Shown here: positions 37,806 to 47,707 of the stretch, piece by piece
Position numbering within the stretch: the stretch's first letter is position 1
Layout: the number at the start of each line of letters is the position of its first letter
Source: Clostridia bacterium
Lineage (GTDB): Bacteria; Bacillota; Clostridia; CAKSNL01; HGM11501
Length of the DNA: 64,000 nucleotides
NCBI GenBank assembly: GCA_017411325.1
Contig: JAFQQJ010000013.1
Coordinates: forward strand, 15,295 to 79,294
Reading direction: 5' to 3'
Made by a program: the position numbers and the translations under genes
The notes under the pieces: generated by a model
What the model saw: the letters and a program-made list of their open reading frames with translations, nothing else
What the model was told of the DNA's origin: nothing
Databases searched by the model: none

Positions 37806-40733
37806 ATGATGAAGAAAATATTAACACTTGTACTTGCCCTTTTAATGGCATTTTCTGTTACTTCCTTTGCAGAAGAGTTTATAAATAAAGAGGGGATGAC
37901 TGCTTCTGCATCAAGCGTATGGAGAGACCTTAATGCGGCCTCTAAGGCGGTTGACGGAAAGCTGGATGCCTCCTGGCACTCTCATCCCGATGACAAGAAT
38001 AAGTTCCCTGTTACGTTGGATGTCAATTTCGGAAGCGAAAAAGCGGTATCCGGAATCCGCTATTATGCGAGAGTAGATGCTGAAGGAAGCATCAACGGCG
38101 TATGGACAAATTTTGATGTTGAAATAAGCAATGACGGAGTAAACTTTGAAAAAGCAGTAACTGGCCTTTCCGTTAATGCAGTGAAGGAGCCTCAGGATGT
38201 TCCCTTCGGTAAAAGCGTAAGCGCAAAATATATGCGCTTTACCATAAACGAGGGAAGCAAGGGCTATGCAACCTGTATGGAGCTTGAATTTATGAAGGGC
38301 GACGAAGCAGGTGCGCAGACGGCAGCACCCGGAAACACATCAGGTTCAGTCAATAAAGAAGCGATTAAGGCTTCTGCATCAAGCGTATGGAGAGATATAA
38401 ACGCGGCAAAGCTTGCTGTTGACGGAAAGACGGATACCTCCTGGCACTCTCATCCCGATGATAAGGATAAGTTTCCCGTTAACTTTGACCTGGACTTCGG
38501 AAACGACGTGACCTTAAGCGGAATAGTTTATCATACGAGAGTGGATGCAGAAGGAAACATCAACGGCGTATGGTCAGATTTCGACGTTGAGATAAGTAAG
38601 GACGGAGTTAATTACGAAAAGGCGGTAACGGGCCTTTCGGCAAATGTACAAAAAGAGCCCCAGGAGATTTTGTTCGGCAAAAATATTACTGCAAGATATG
38701 TCCGCTTTGCCATAAATGAAGGAAGTAAAGGCTATGCAACCTGCATGGAGCTTGACTTTATTATGGGTGAAGGAGAGGGTGAAAAGCCTTCGGGAAATAT
38801 ACCTTCTGCGCCCGCAGCATCAGAATATGTCAGCAAAAAGGACTGGAAGGTTTATTGCTCCAGCACCTTCAAGGGTAAAAATGCAGAATATATGATTGAT
38901 AACAATATCACTACATTCTGGCATTCAAATTATTATACTGCGGACAACAAAACTATTGACGGTAAGGACGAGCCTCCTTATTACATAAGCTTTGTTCTTC
39001 CTTCGGAAACAGTAATCTCGGGCTTTTCCTACGTTCCGAGGCAGGATGCGATTGATACAGGAAAGGTTAAGGTGTATGAAATTTATGCCGCTTCGGGAAA
39101 AGAAGGCACTGCACTTAAAATAAACGAAGGCGAATTAAGTGTAGGAAAGGAAGAAATAAAGGTTGACTTCGGCTTTTCCGTAAAGGCGCAGAGTATAATC
39201 TTCGTAATTAAGGAAAGTGTATCATCCTTTGGTACCTGCGCGGAATTTAATCTTATTACGGGAAATACTGCATCAGCCAAAGCACCCGCTGATGTAAAAA
39301 CAGGAGATTCCACCCTTAAGGTTGGCTACGGCACAGCTTACGGTATGGAAGAGGTAAAAAAGGAAAGCGAATATTATGAGGATAAAAATCTCTGGAAGAT
39401 AGAAGCCTCCTCACAGAGACTTCCTCACTATCCTGCAACCAAGGCGATTGACGGAAATACAGCAACCTACTGGCATTCTGACTTCACCGATGACGGCGGA
39501 GCAAAGGTGGTAAGTATGGTTAAAGGCCCTCACACCCTTGATATAACCTTCCCCGATTTAAGAGCGGTTTCGGGCGTTACCTACACACCCAGAAAGGGAA
39601 ACAGCGCAGGTATCATAACGGGCTATGAAATTTATGCGGCGGAAAGCGATGATTCCGAATGGATAAAAATCGAAGAAGGAAGCTTCAAAAACGATTCTTC
39701 AGTAAAGGAAGTTCATTTTTCTGCAAACGTAAAAATGAAAAAGCTCCGATTCAGGTCCGTAACATCCGTAAGCGATTACGGCGTATGCGCCGAGCTTGAT
39801 GTAAGACCTGAAAATGTAAACCTTAAGACAATGGAAAGCATAAATGAGTTTGTTTCCTACAACAAGGAAAACAAGCTTATCAAAATTCCCGAAACGGCAA
39901 TTATAAGTGCCGATGCATCGAGCATATGGAACGAGAATAACGGCACCAACTTCCTTTTTGACGGTGCGCCCTCCCGTGCGTGGCACTCAGATCCCGGAGA
40001 TAAAGGAAAATTCCCCATAACGCTTTATCTGGAGCTTGACAACGTGTATGAAATTCCCGCAATGGACTATTATGCCCGCGTTGACGGTGAAGGAAACATC
40101 AACGGCGTATGGCTTTCCTACAGTATCTGGACAAGTGAGGACGGGGAGGAATATATCCCTGCGGCTGAAAACTTAAGCTTTGAAGTAACCGACAAGGTTC
40201 AGCGGGTTAACTTTGATGTGCCCTTAAAGGCAAAGTTTATTGAAATTGAGATAAACAACGGAAGCAAGGGCTATGCAACCTGCGGAGAGCTTGTTCTTTA
40301 CGAAAAGTCAGGAGCTATGGAAGATAGAAAGAGCGGTAACTATTATACTCTCAGGATTGGAAATAAAACCGTTACAAGTGTAAAAAACAATGAGGAGACA
40401 GCGAAGGAAATAGACGTTGCACCCTTCATTGATGACGGAAGAACAATGATTCCTTTAAGAGGATTATTAGAGGAAATGGGCGCCGGAATCACCTGGGACG
40501 GTACAAAGAAAAAAATAGGCATAACCACAGACAAGGTGAAAATTGAGCTTCAGATAATGAACGACCTTTGCTATGTTACCGATGCAAAATACGGCCGCGT
40601 TCGTTACACTCTGGATGTTCCGCCCATCATAAAGGATTCAAGAACCTTTATTCCCGTAAGATTTATAACGGAACAGCTTGGCTACAGTGTTACCTGGGAC
40701 GGAGCGACACAGACGGTAAAAATTTCAGAATAA
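37806..40733 (+). CDS. secreted protein B1: five F5/8-type-C (discoidin/CBM32-like) repeats + copper-amine-oxidase-like C-domain
   Basis: 975 aa. Recurrent unit ...ASASSVWRD.NAA..AVDGK.D.SWHSHPDDK.KFPV...SGI.Y..RVDAEG.INGVW..FDVEIS.DGVN.EKAV... The C-terminus DVAPFIDDGRTMIPLRGLLEEMG...FIPVRFITEQLGYSVTWDG. Confidence 0.8.
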   Translation: MMKKILTLVLALLMAFSVTSFAEEFINKEGMTASASSVWRDLNAASKAVDGKLDASWHSHPDDKNKFPVTLDVNFGSEKAVSGIRYYARVDAEGSINGVWTNFDVEISNDGVNFEKAVTGLSVNAVKEPQDVPFGKSVSAKYMRFTINEGSKGYATCMELEFMKGDEAGAQTAAPGNTSGSVNKEAIKASASSVWRDINAAKLAVDGKTDTSWHSHPDDKDKFPVNFDLDFGNDVTLSGIVYHTRVDAEGNINGVWSDFDVEISKDGVNYEKAVTGLSANVQKEPQEILFGKNITARYVRFAINEGSKGYATCMELDFIMGEGEGEKPSGNIPSAPAASEYVSKKDWKVYCSSTFKGKNAEYMIDNNITTFWHSNYYTADNKTIDGKDEPPYYISFVLPSETVISGFSYVPRQDAIDTGKVKVYEIYAASGKEGTALKINEGELSVGKEEIKVDFGFSVKAQSIIFVIKESVSSFGTCAEFNLITGNTASAKAPADVKTGDSTLKVGYGTAYGMEEVKKESEYYEDKNLWKIEASSQRLPHYPATKAIDGNTATYWHSDFTDDGGAKVVSMVKGPHTLDITFPDLRAVSGVTYTPRKGNSAGIITGYEIYAAESDDSEWIKIEEGSFKNDSSVKEVHFSANVKMKKLRFRSVTSVSDYGVCAELDVRPENVNLKTMESINEFVSYNKENKLIKIPETAIISADASSIWNENNGTNFLFDGAPSRAWHSDPGDKGKFPITLYLELDNVYEIPAMDYYARVDGEGNINGVWLSYSIWTSEDGEEYIPAAENLSFEVTDKVQRVNFDVPLKAKFIEIEINNGSKGYATCGELVLYEKSGAMEDRKSGNYYTLRIGNKTVTSVKNNEETAKEIDVAPFIDDGRTMIPLRGLLEEMGAGITWDGTKKKIGITTDKVKIELQIMNDLCYVTDAKYGRVRYTLDVPPIIKDSRTFIPVRFITEQLGYSVTWDGATQTVKISE

Positions 40734-40738
40734 AAAAA

Positions 40739-40771
40739 GTGATGCAAACCAAAGGTTTGCATCACTTTTTT
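40739..40771. terminator. bidirectional intrinsic terminator between convergent genes
   Basis: A-run, GTGATGCAAACC-AAA-GGTTTGCATCAC, T-run. The right arm overlaps the last codons of the AraC gene. Confidence 0.7.
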
Positions 40772-41559
40772 ATGGCTTTTCTGTAGTCCTTGGGAGAAAG
40801 GTTAAAATGCTTCTTAAAAAGACGGTTAAAGTAGGTTACGTTGTTAAAGCCGGACTTTGATGAAATTTCCGTGATGGGGATTTTAGTGTTTCTTAAAAGC
40901 TTTTCTGCATTGTCAAGCCTTCGTTTGTTTAAGTATTCCTTTACGGTAAACCCGGTCTGAGATTTAAAAAGCTTTCCGATATATTTTTCATTATAGTTAA
41001 AAAGGGAGGCGATTTCGTTAACGGAGACATCGGAATATAAGCTTTCTTCAATAAAGTTTATTATGTTTCTGACCAGGGGGGAATAGCTTGTACCCACCTT
41101 GGCATATTCGGAAAGCAAAAGCTTTATGTGATTGTCTACCGTGTATGCGATTTTTTCTGTTATTTCATCCGGCACATCGAAAATAAAGGTACCGGAAAAA
41201 GCTTCTGTTTCTCCTTCGCATTTTCCTTTAATGATGTTTCCGAGAAAAATGACGGCGACAACCTCATTTTCATAAATTACGGGATGGCAGTATTCGTAAA
41301 CGCCGTTTATGCAAAATCTGCCGAAGGGCTTTCTTTCGGAAACCGCTTGGTTTAGGGCTTCGTTTCTGCACACAAAACATTTTTCGTATCCTTCGGGAGT
41401 TTTTTTCATATGGGCGCAAAACGGCTTTGAGTGACAGGAAAAAATATCGGAAAGCTCCGTTTTGATGTTGCCTGAATTTCTTAAAAAAACCACTGCGATG
41501 TGTATCTTGCTGTCAAAAGTAAGGCAAGTAAGTAAATCGTTTAAGCCGGTATGTTCCAT
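40762..41559 (-). CDS. AraC-family transcriptional regulator with N-terminal PocR sensor domain
   Basis: 265 aa. PocR-like Cys/His region FSCHSKPFCAHMKKTPEGYEKCFVCRNEAL. C-terminal double HTH ...ITEISSKSGFNNVTYFNRLFKKHFNLSPKDYRK. Confidence 0.88.
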   Translation of the reverse strand: MEHTGLNDLLTCLTFDSKIHIAVVFLRNSGNIKTELSDIFSCHSKPFCAHMKKTPEGYEKCFVCRNEALNQAVSERKPFGRFCINGVYEYCHPVIYENEVVAVIFLGNIIKGKCEGETEAFSGTFIFDVPDEITEKIAYTVDNHIKLLLSEYAKVGTSYSPLVRNIINFIEESLYSDVSVNEIASLFNYNEKYIGKLFKSQTGFTVKEYLNKRRLDNAEKLLRNTKIPITEISSKSGFNNVTYFNRLFKKHFNLSPKDYRKAIKK

Positions 41560-41699
41560 AAATTCACCTCCGAAACTGAAACAATTATAACATAAATGTT
41601 TCTTTTGTTCAAGTATTATGCAGTAATTTTTGTAGATAATTTCAGGAAGGTGCTGTATAATGTAATTATACTCATCTGTAATTAAAGGAGGATGAAAAC

Positions 41700-44456
41700 A
41701 TGAAGAAAATCACGGCTCTTATTCTGGCACTGTTAATGATGCTTTGCTCAATCAATTTAAGCTTTGCCGAAACAGATGTAAAGCTTGATTTGAACACGGC
41801 AAAGCTAAAAGGTCTCACCTTAAGCGGAGGGGAGATAATAAGCATTGAAAGAAAGGATTATTTGTATTTTCCTTCTGTTGACCTTACGGGAATCAATTCC
41901 GTAACGGTAAGGGCGTATAATAAAATTTCAGGTAATGTAAACGGAGAAACACTCCTTATATTGCTTGACAGTCCAGAAAACGGAGAGCTTATCGGAAACA
42001 TTACCCTTTCAGAGGTTGGAGAGGATATTTCTGTGACTTCGGGAATTAAGAGTGTGACCGGCAAGCACGACCTTTATTTTTACTGCCTTTACGGAAGTCA
42101 GACACAAAACGAATGCAGTATAAAAGAGATAACTCTTTCAAAAAATGCATATACCCACGATAATAAGAGTAAAAAGGTTTCCGATTCAGCGGTTATTGAC
42201 AACTTTTCCGATACATGGGTAGCTGTTGACGATATGGGCAGAGCCGTTGCAACCTATGAAGAACTTGGCGGCATAAAAACCGACGGCCGGGAGGTTGGTC
42301 TGCTTTACTGGAACTGGTTCCACGATGCCAAAAACACAAAGCGCGCCAATGTAATAAGCGAAGTGATAGCTGAAAAACCGGAGGCAAAGGCAGTATTTAC
42401 CGATCCCGTATGGGATGTCCGCGGCAGATTTTACTGGGCAGAGCCCATCTTCGGCTTTTACAATTCCTATGATTACTGGGTATATAAAAAGCACGCAGAA
42501 ATGCTTTCAATCGCGGGGGTTGATGTAATATTCTTTGACTATTCCAACGGCGGAAGAGTGTTTGTTCCCACAATGAATGTGCTTGCAGAAGCATTCCGCG
42601 ATGCAAAAGCACACGGCATAAAGGTTCCGAAAATCAGCGCAATGATGACCTTAAGCGGCGATAAGTCCGATGCATTCCGTGGTCTTAGTGCAATATACTA
42701 TAACTGCTTTAAGTTAAACGACTATTCCGACATATGGTATATGAAAGATAATAAGCCCTTCCTTTATGCAAATGCGAACTACGAAAATGCAATAAAGGAT
42801 GTGGCGGAAGAAAACATAGTGGAAGCGAAGCTTATAAAGGAAATATCCGATTATTTCACCATAACACCCCACGGCTCAAGAGATGTGGATAATAATGACA
42901 ATTCCTGGATGTGGCTTGAAAACTATCCTCAGGTGCTCCGTGATGTTGATAAGGAAACGGGCAGAGTCGGCTATGTTGCGGTCGGCTGTGCAATAAACGA
43001 ATCCACAGTATTTGGCGGAAGCGTAACGGGCGTATTCTCCGATCCCTACAACAAGGGCAGAGGTTATTCCGAAGCCTTCGGAGAAGATTATTCCGAGAAC
43101 GGCAAACGTATGGCGTACTTCTTCCGTGAGCAGAGCGCCCTTGCCCTTAAGGCAGAGCCTGAATTTTTAATGATTGACGGATGGAACGAATGGACAGCAG
43201 AGCGTAATGCAACCTGGGGTACCTTTACCAACGCTTTCTGCGACTGCTTCGACGAAGAAAACAGCCGTGACTTTGAGCCCACCAAAGGAAGCTTAAAGGA
43301 CGATTATTACCTTCTTATGTGCGACCTTATAAGAAAGTATAAGGGTGTAAGACCTGCTCCCACGGCATCGGGTATGAAGACGATTGACATAGAAGGCGGC
43401 ATAAATGAGTGGGACGGCGTACTTCCTTACTTTGTAAATTCCTATCAGGATTATGAGCGTGACGCCGACGGCTACGGCAAGGCGAAAACCGACGAAACCT
43501 GGCATTATACCACAAAGGTTGTAAATTCCGTAAAGGGCGCAAAGGTTTCCTTTGACGAAGAAAAGCTTTACTTTATGGTTGAGTGCGAAAAGGAAATAGT
43601 AAAGGATAGCGAAAACTTCTTAACCCTCTACATAAATTCCGACCGTAACGCGGTAACAGGCTGGGAGGGCTATGACTACGCCGTGAATTTAGACGGTATC
43701 GGAAAAGTATCAAAGTTTGCCGACGGTGTATGGGAAAAAACTACCGTTGGCGATGCGGCATATTCCGTTGACGGAAGGTATTTGAAAATCGCCCTTGAAA
43801 GAAGCTTTATAGGGGAGACGGGTGTGGTTGACCTTGAATTTAAGTGGACAGATTCGGTTAAAGCAGACGGCGATATTATGATGTGGTATCAGGACGGCTC
43901 GGTTGCTCCCTACGGACGCTTTAACTATCTCTACACCGAAATTGCACAGACAACACTTTCCGCAAGCGAAAGAGCGACTCTTTCAGAAACCTCCGTACTT
44001 AAGGCGGGAAGCAGTAAAATGATTGCAAACGGTGCAAAGATGTACGTTTACGAGGACGATATAAGAGTTACGCCCTTTGAGGAAAACGGCACACTCTACA
44101 TACCCGAGCAGGCGTATAACGAGGTTATGGGCTACGGCTTTTCAAAGACGAGATATGTAAGTGCGGACAACAACTTCTTTACCTATCACTTTGAATTGAA
44201 TGACGAGCTTACCGAAATTATAAACTACACCTGGACATATTCAGCTCTTGACAGCCTGGATGCAAGGGTAAACGGAAGGGTTACAAAGCTTTCGGCTCCG
44301 GTTAAATATGTAAACGGAATATTCTATATCCCCGTATCATTAATAGCTGAATGCTACGGATATGAGGTTAAGGCGCTTGGTAACGGTGTTTACACGGTAA
44401 GCTTTGATAAGACTCCGACAGATACGGTTAATGCCGTAATAAATCATCTTAATTAA
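41700..44456 (+). CDS. secreted multidomain carbohydrate-active protein A2 (paralog of A1)
   Basis: 918 aa, collinear with A1. Shared blocks include GKHDLYF, DGWNEWTAERN, FDEENSRDFEP, RKYKGVRPAP, GRFNYLYTEI, LKAGSSKMIANGAKM. Confidence 0.65.
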   Translation: MKKITALILALLMMLCSINLSFAETDVKLDLNTAKLKGLTLSGGEIISIERKDYLYFPSVDLTGINSVTVRAYNKISGNVNGETLLILLDSPENGELIGNITLSEVGEDISVTSGIKSVTGKHDLYFYCLYGSQTQNECSIKEITLSKNAYTHDNKSKKVSDSAVIDNFSDTWVAVDDMGRAVATYEELGGIKTDGREVGLLYWNWFHDAKNTKRANVISEVIAEKPEAKAVFTDPVWDVRGRFYWAEPIFGFYNSYDYWVYKKHAEMLSIAGVDVIFFDYSNGGRVFVPTMNVLAEAFRDAKAHGIKVPKISAMMTLSGDKSDAFRGLSAIYYNCFKLNDYSDIWYMKDNKPFLYANANYENAIKDVAEENIVEAKLIKEISDYFTITPHGSRDVDNNDNSWMWLENYPQVLRDVDKETGRVGYVAVGCAINESTVFGGSVTGVFSDPYNKGRGYSEAFGEDYSENGKRMAYFFREQSALALKAEPEFLMIDGWNEWTAERNATWGTFTNAFCDCFDEENSRDFEPTKGSLKDDYYLLMCDLIRKYKGVRPAPTASGMKTIDIEGGINEWDGVLPYFVNSYQDYERDADGYGKAKTDETWHYTTKVVNSVKGAKVSFDEEKLYFMVECEKEIVKDSENFLTLYINSDRNAVTGWEGYDYAVNLDGIGKVSKFADGVWEKTTVGDAAYSVDGRYLKIALERSFIGETGVVDLEFKWTDSVKADGDIMMWYQDGSVAPYGRFNYLYTEIAQTTLSASERATLSETSVLKAGSSKMIANGAKMYVYEDDIRVTPFEENGTLYIPEQAYNEVMGYGFSKTRYVSADNNFFTYHFELNDELTEIINYTWTYSALDSLDARVNGRVTKLSAPVKYVNGIFYIPVSLIAECYGYEVKALGNGVYTVSFDKTPTDTVNAVINHLN

Positions 44457-44468
44457 GGAGGCACCGGT

Positions 44469-46913
44469 ATGAAAAAAATATTATCTTTAATTATCGCAAT
44501 ATTAACTCTTTTCTCCCTGTGCCTCAGCATATCGGCGGAAAACACCATTACGCCCGATGGCTCCTGGAAGATAAAGGTGTCAAGTCAGCTTGGCACATCG
44601 GGAAATAACCTTTTTGACGGAAATACGGGTACAAACTGGCACTCAGCATATACCGTTGAAAACGGAAATATCGCAACTTCCGACAGTGCACCTTTCATAA
44701 TCAGTGTTGAATTCGGAAAGGAAATGGAAGTGTCGGGCTTTATCTACACTCCCAGAACCAATGACAGAACCGGCGCAATAAAGACCTTTAACGTATATGC
44801 AACAACCGGCGACGGTTATAAAAAGATTTACGAGGGCGAGTTTTACTACGAAGACGGGCTTTCGGGCTTAGTTCCTCAGACTGCAAGCTGGGGCAACGTT
44901 AAAATGAACGGCATAAAAATTGAAATAACAGAAGGTATCGGCGGTTTTGGCGCAGGCTCTGAAATTACATTCATCGAAGGCTCAAAGGGCACAGCCATAA
45001 AGGATGGTGAAGCCTTTAAGGGAGAAGAAGAGGAGACAGAGGAAGCAGAGGATACATCCGCGCTAGGAACAAAGCTTCAAAAGACGGACGGTTGGATAAT
45101 CACCGCATCCTCACAGCAGAACGATACAGGCTATTCTGTTTTAAGTGCCTTTGACGGAAACGAAAAGACCATCTGGCACACTGCATATAAGGCAGAAGAC
45201 GGGGTTGTGGTAAGCCACGATGAATGCCCCCACATAATCACCGTAACCTTCCCCGAAAAGACAAAGGTATCGGGCTGGCGTTATGTCCCGAGAAGCGACA
45301 ATGCTTCGGGAACGGTGCTTGAATACAACATTTATGCATCAGCCGACGGCACATCTTTTGAGAAAATTTACCAAGGCAGCTTTTCTTACATCGCAGGGGA
45401 TGCCGCACTCTATAAACCCTCCGGTGCAACCTGGGGCGATAAGGAAGCAAAGGCGATAAAAATTGAGATAACAAAGTCATTAGGCGGCTTTGGCACAGCC
45501 AAGGAAATTGAATTTTATACCGGCGGGAATGCGGCAGCGGAAGAAAAAGAAGAAAGCAAGGTGCAGGATAACAAGGCAACAAATTCCAAAGGCTGGAAGA
45601 TATCAGTAAATTCCGAAATGTGGAGCTCGGGCGCAAAGCTTATTGACGGAGACAGAAAAACAAACTGGCATTCTTACTATAAGGCAGAAGGCTCTGCCAT
45701 AGTGGATCAGGATGTGCCGCCCTACGAAATTGAAGTGATTCTTCCCGCCGTTACGGAAATTTCAGGCGTTACCTTGGTTCCGAGAACGGAGCTTACGGGA
45801 TTGTTCCTTGAGGTTGACCTTTATGTTTCAGATTCGGATGAGGGAGAATATTTCCTCATCAAAGAAGACATGGCTTTCGAAAACAGAATATATGACAGAG
45901 AAATTCCCTTAACCGCAAATATCGGCGTAAAGAAAATTAAAATTGTCGCAACCTCAACAGTTGGTGGCTTTGGTACACTTTCTGAAATTGAGCTTATGGA
46001 AAAGGATTCTGCAAAGGAGTCTGTAAGCTTTTCAGAATATGCGGCAAACGAAGAAGCCAACAGAATGTACAAGGTTGACACCGCTGATGCAGAGGTGATT
46101 TACGAAGGCGAAAACTGGTTTTCCCACACTCCCGACCATGCGATAGACGGAGCATCCTCCACCTTCTGGCAGACGGAAGAGCTTCCCAAAGGCTTTGCGG
46201 CGCTGATTGATATCGACCTTCAGAAAACCTACAGAATAAAGGAAATCGACTATACACCAAGACAGTCTGAAGACCTTCACGGTCACTGGCTGGGCTTTGG
46301 AATTTACACAAGTGAAGACGGGGTAAACTGGACACACGTCAAGGATGTAAGCTTTGAAAAGGACCTTTCCGTTAAGAAAATTGTGTTTGACGAGGAAATA
46401 GAAGCAAGATATTTTGAGTTTGAAATTTATGAGTATTTCGCGTCCCGTGTTTCTGCGGCGGAAATCACCTTCCTTCAGACAAAGGAAGGAAAGGAAGCTT
46501 CCCTTGCCGCCAACACGAAAAAATACACCCTTAAGATAGGCTCAAAGGAAATTGCCTATGAAAAGGGAGCGGACAAGGGTTCAAAGGAAATTGATGTTGC
46601 CCCCTTTATCACCAACGGCTCCACAATGATTCCTTTAAGAGGATTAATTGAAGAAATGGGCGGAAAAATCACCTGGGACGGTGAAACGCAGACAATCGGT
46701 GTTGATAACGGAAAGTATGAAATCACACTTCAGATATGTAATCACCTTGTATATGTTAAAGACCCCGTATACGGAAACATCCGCTATACACTTCTTAACT
46801 ACCCGATTATTTCCGAAAGCCGCACCTTTATCCCGGTAAGATTCGTATCAGAACAGCTCGGATACAGCGTTTCCTGGGACGGAACGACAGGCACGGTTAC
46901 AATAAGCAAATAA
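44469..46913 (+). CDS. secreted protein B2: four F5/8-type-C-like repeats + copper-amine-oxidase-like C-domain (paralog of B1)
   Basis: 814 aa. Repeats ...DGN..T.WH(S/T)AY......P..I.V.F......SG..Y.PR.....G.....N.YA...G..... The C-terminus DVAPFITNGSTMIPLRGLIEEMG...FIPVRFVSEQLGYSVSWDG. Confidence 0.8.
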   Translation: MKKILSLIIAILTLFSLCLSISAENTITPDGSWKIKVSSQLGTSGNNLFDGNTGTNWHSAYTVENGNIATSDSAPFIISVEFGKEMEVSGFIYTPRTNDRTGAIKTFNVYATTGDGYKKIYEGEFYYEDGLSGLVPQTASWGNVKMNGIKIEITEGIGGFGAGSEITFIEGSKGTAIKDGEAFKGEEEETEEAEDTSALGTKLQKTDGWIITASSQQNDTGYSVLSAFDGNEKTIWHTAYKAEDGVVVSHDECPHIITVTFPEKTKVSGWRYVPRSDNASGTVLEYNIYASADGTSFEKIYQGSFSYIAGDAALYKPSGATWGDKEAKAIKIEITKSLGGFGTAKEIEFYTGGNAAAEEKEESKVQDNKATNSKGWKISVNSEMWSSGAKLIDGDRKTNWHSYYKAEGSAIVDQDVPPYEIEVILPAVTEISGVTLVPRTELTGLFLEVDLYVSDSDEGEYFLIKEDMAFENRIYDREIPLTANIGVKKIKIVATSTVGGFGTLSEIELMEKDSAKESVSFSEYAANEEANRMYKVDTADAEVIYEGENWFSHTPDHAIDGASSTFWQTEELPKGFAALIDIDLQKTYRIKEIDYTPRQSEDLHGHWLGFGIYTSEDGVNWTHVKDVSFEKDLSVKKIVFDEEIEARYFEFEIYEYFASRVSAAEITFLQTKEGKEASLAANTKKYTLKIGSKEIAYEKGADKGSKEIDVAPFITNGSTMIPLRGLIEEMGGKITWDGETQTIGVDNGKYEITLQICNHLVYVKDPVYGNIRYTLLNYPIISESRTFIPVRFVSEQLGYSVSWDGTTGTVTISK

Positions 46914-46915
46914 AT

Positions 46916-46942
46916 AAAAAGCGGAGAAATCTCCGCTTTTTA
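46916..46942 (+). terminator. intrinsic terminator
   Basis: GCGGAG-AAAT-CTCCGC followed by TTTTT. Confidence 0.8.
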
Positions 46943-46963
46943 TTTGTTTGAAGGCGCTTTTGA

Positions 46964-46992
46964 TTGACTTTAGGTTCTTGGTGTAATATAAT
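46964..46992 (+). promoter_or_regulatory. sigmaA-type promoter at the head of the cassette array
   Basis: TTGACT (46964-46969), 17-bp spacer, TATAAT (46987-46992). Confidence 0.6.
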
Positions 46993-47059
46993 AAAAGAGA
47001 TTAGATGCGTATGTGTATTATACAGTCTTTATAAAGTTTGATATACAAGGGACAAAAAA

Positions 47060-47201
47060 GCCTTCCCCTTGAGGGGAAGGTGGGTGTAGGCAAAATCAGG
47101 CGGATTTTGCTGAAACTCGGATGAGGTGGAAATGAATAACGATTGCTTTGCAATCTACACCTCATCAGTCACTTCGTGACAGCTTCCCCTCAAGGGGAAG
47201 C
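47060..47201. repeat. palindromic intergenic repeat, family 1 (well-preserved copy)
   Basis: Terminal hairpins GCCTTCCCCTTGAGGGGAAGGTGGG (47060-47084) and GCTTCCCCTCAAGGGGAAGC (47182-47201). Internal pair CGGATGAGGTG (47118-47128) / CACCTCATC (47158-47166). Two small inner hairpins (GCAAAATC/GATTTTGC and GATTGC/GCAATC). Confidence 0.7.
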
Positions 47202-47221
47202 CTTTGAAAGGAAGTGCAAAT

Positions 47222-47707
47222 TTGAAGAGAAAAATAATTATCCTTTTGTGTGTAATGATTGGAATTGTTATGCTTGTTTCGTTAATAGACGAAATTAGGT
47301 ATCCAATTTCCCTTAAAATTAAATCAAATGATGTGGCAACTGCGAAAATAATATTTTATGGTGACGGAATAGACAAAGAGATAACCGAACAAAAAGATGT
47401 GAAAAAATTAGTTAGAGCATTAAATAAGCTTCGCTTTAAAGAAAGCGAAGATATGAGCCATTTGTCTCCACGTTCTGGCATTAGAATTGTAGAATTGTAT
47501 AACGAAAAAGGTGAGTGTACAGAATGTGTACAATTTTATGATTGGGCATACAGGGGTGGCGAGTATAAAGGCGAAGAAAGAAAAGATGGAGATTATTTAT
47601 CTGTAAAAAAAGGGTTGCGATTGGGTAATTTTTATATTTTATGCGACAAGTTGTGTGATGATCCCTTTGATATGGGTATATACAAAATATTTTATTACTT
47701 GCAATAA
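47222..47707 (+). CDS. cassette ORF 1: small membrane-anchored hypothetical protein
   Basis: TTG 47222 sits 7 nt after AAAGGAAG and gives MKRKIIILLCVMIGIVMLVSL... (signal-anchor). The ORF track starts it at TTG 47204. No family recognised. AT-rich. Confidence 0.55.
   Translation: MKRKIIILLCVMIGIVMLVSLIDEIRYPISLKIKSNDVATAKIIFYGDGIDKEITEQKDVKKLVRALNKLRFKESEDMSHLSPRSGIRIVELYNEKGECTECVQFYDWAYRGGEYKGEERKDGDYLSVKKGLRLGNFYILCDKLCDDPFDMGIYKIFYYLQ

Noticed and set aside
40739-40765. 12-nt identity (AAGGTTTGCATC) between the B1/AraC terminator and the cassette-junction 27-mer
   Set aside because: The match does not extend into CTAAACCTTATGCC, and here it forms the arm of an ordinary terminator hairpin. 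It is most likely coincidence.
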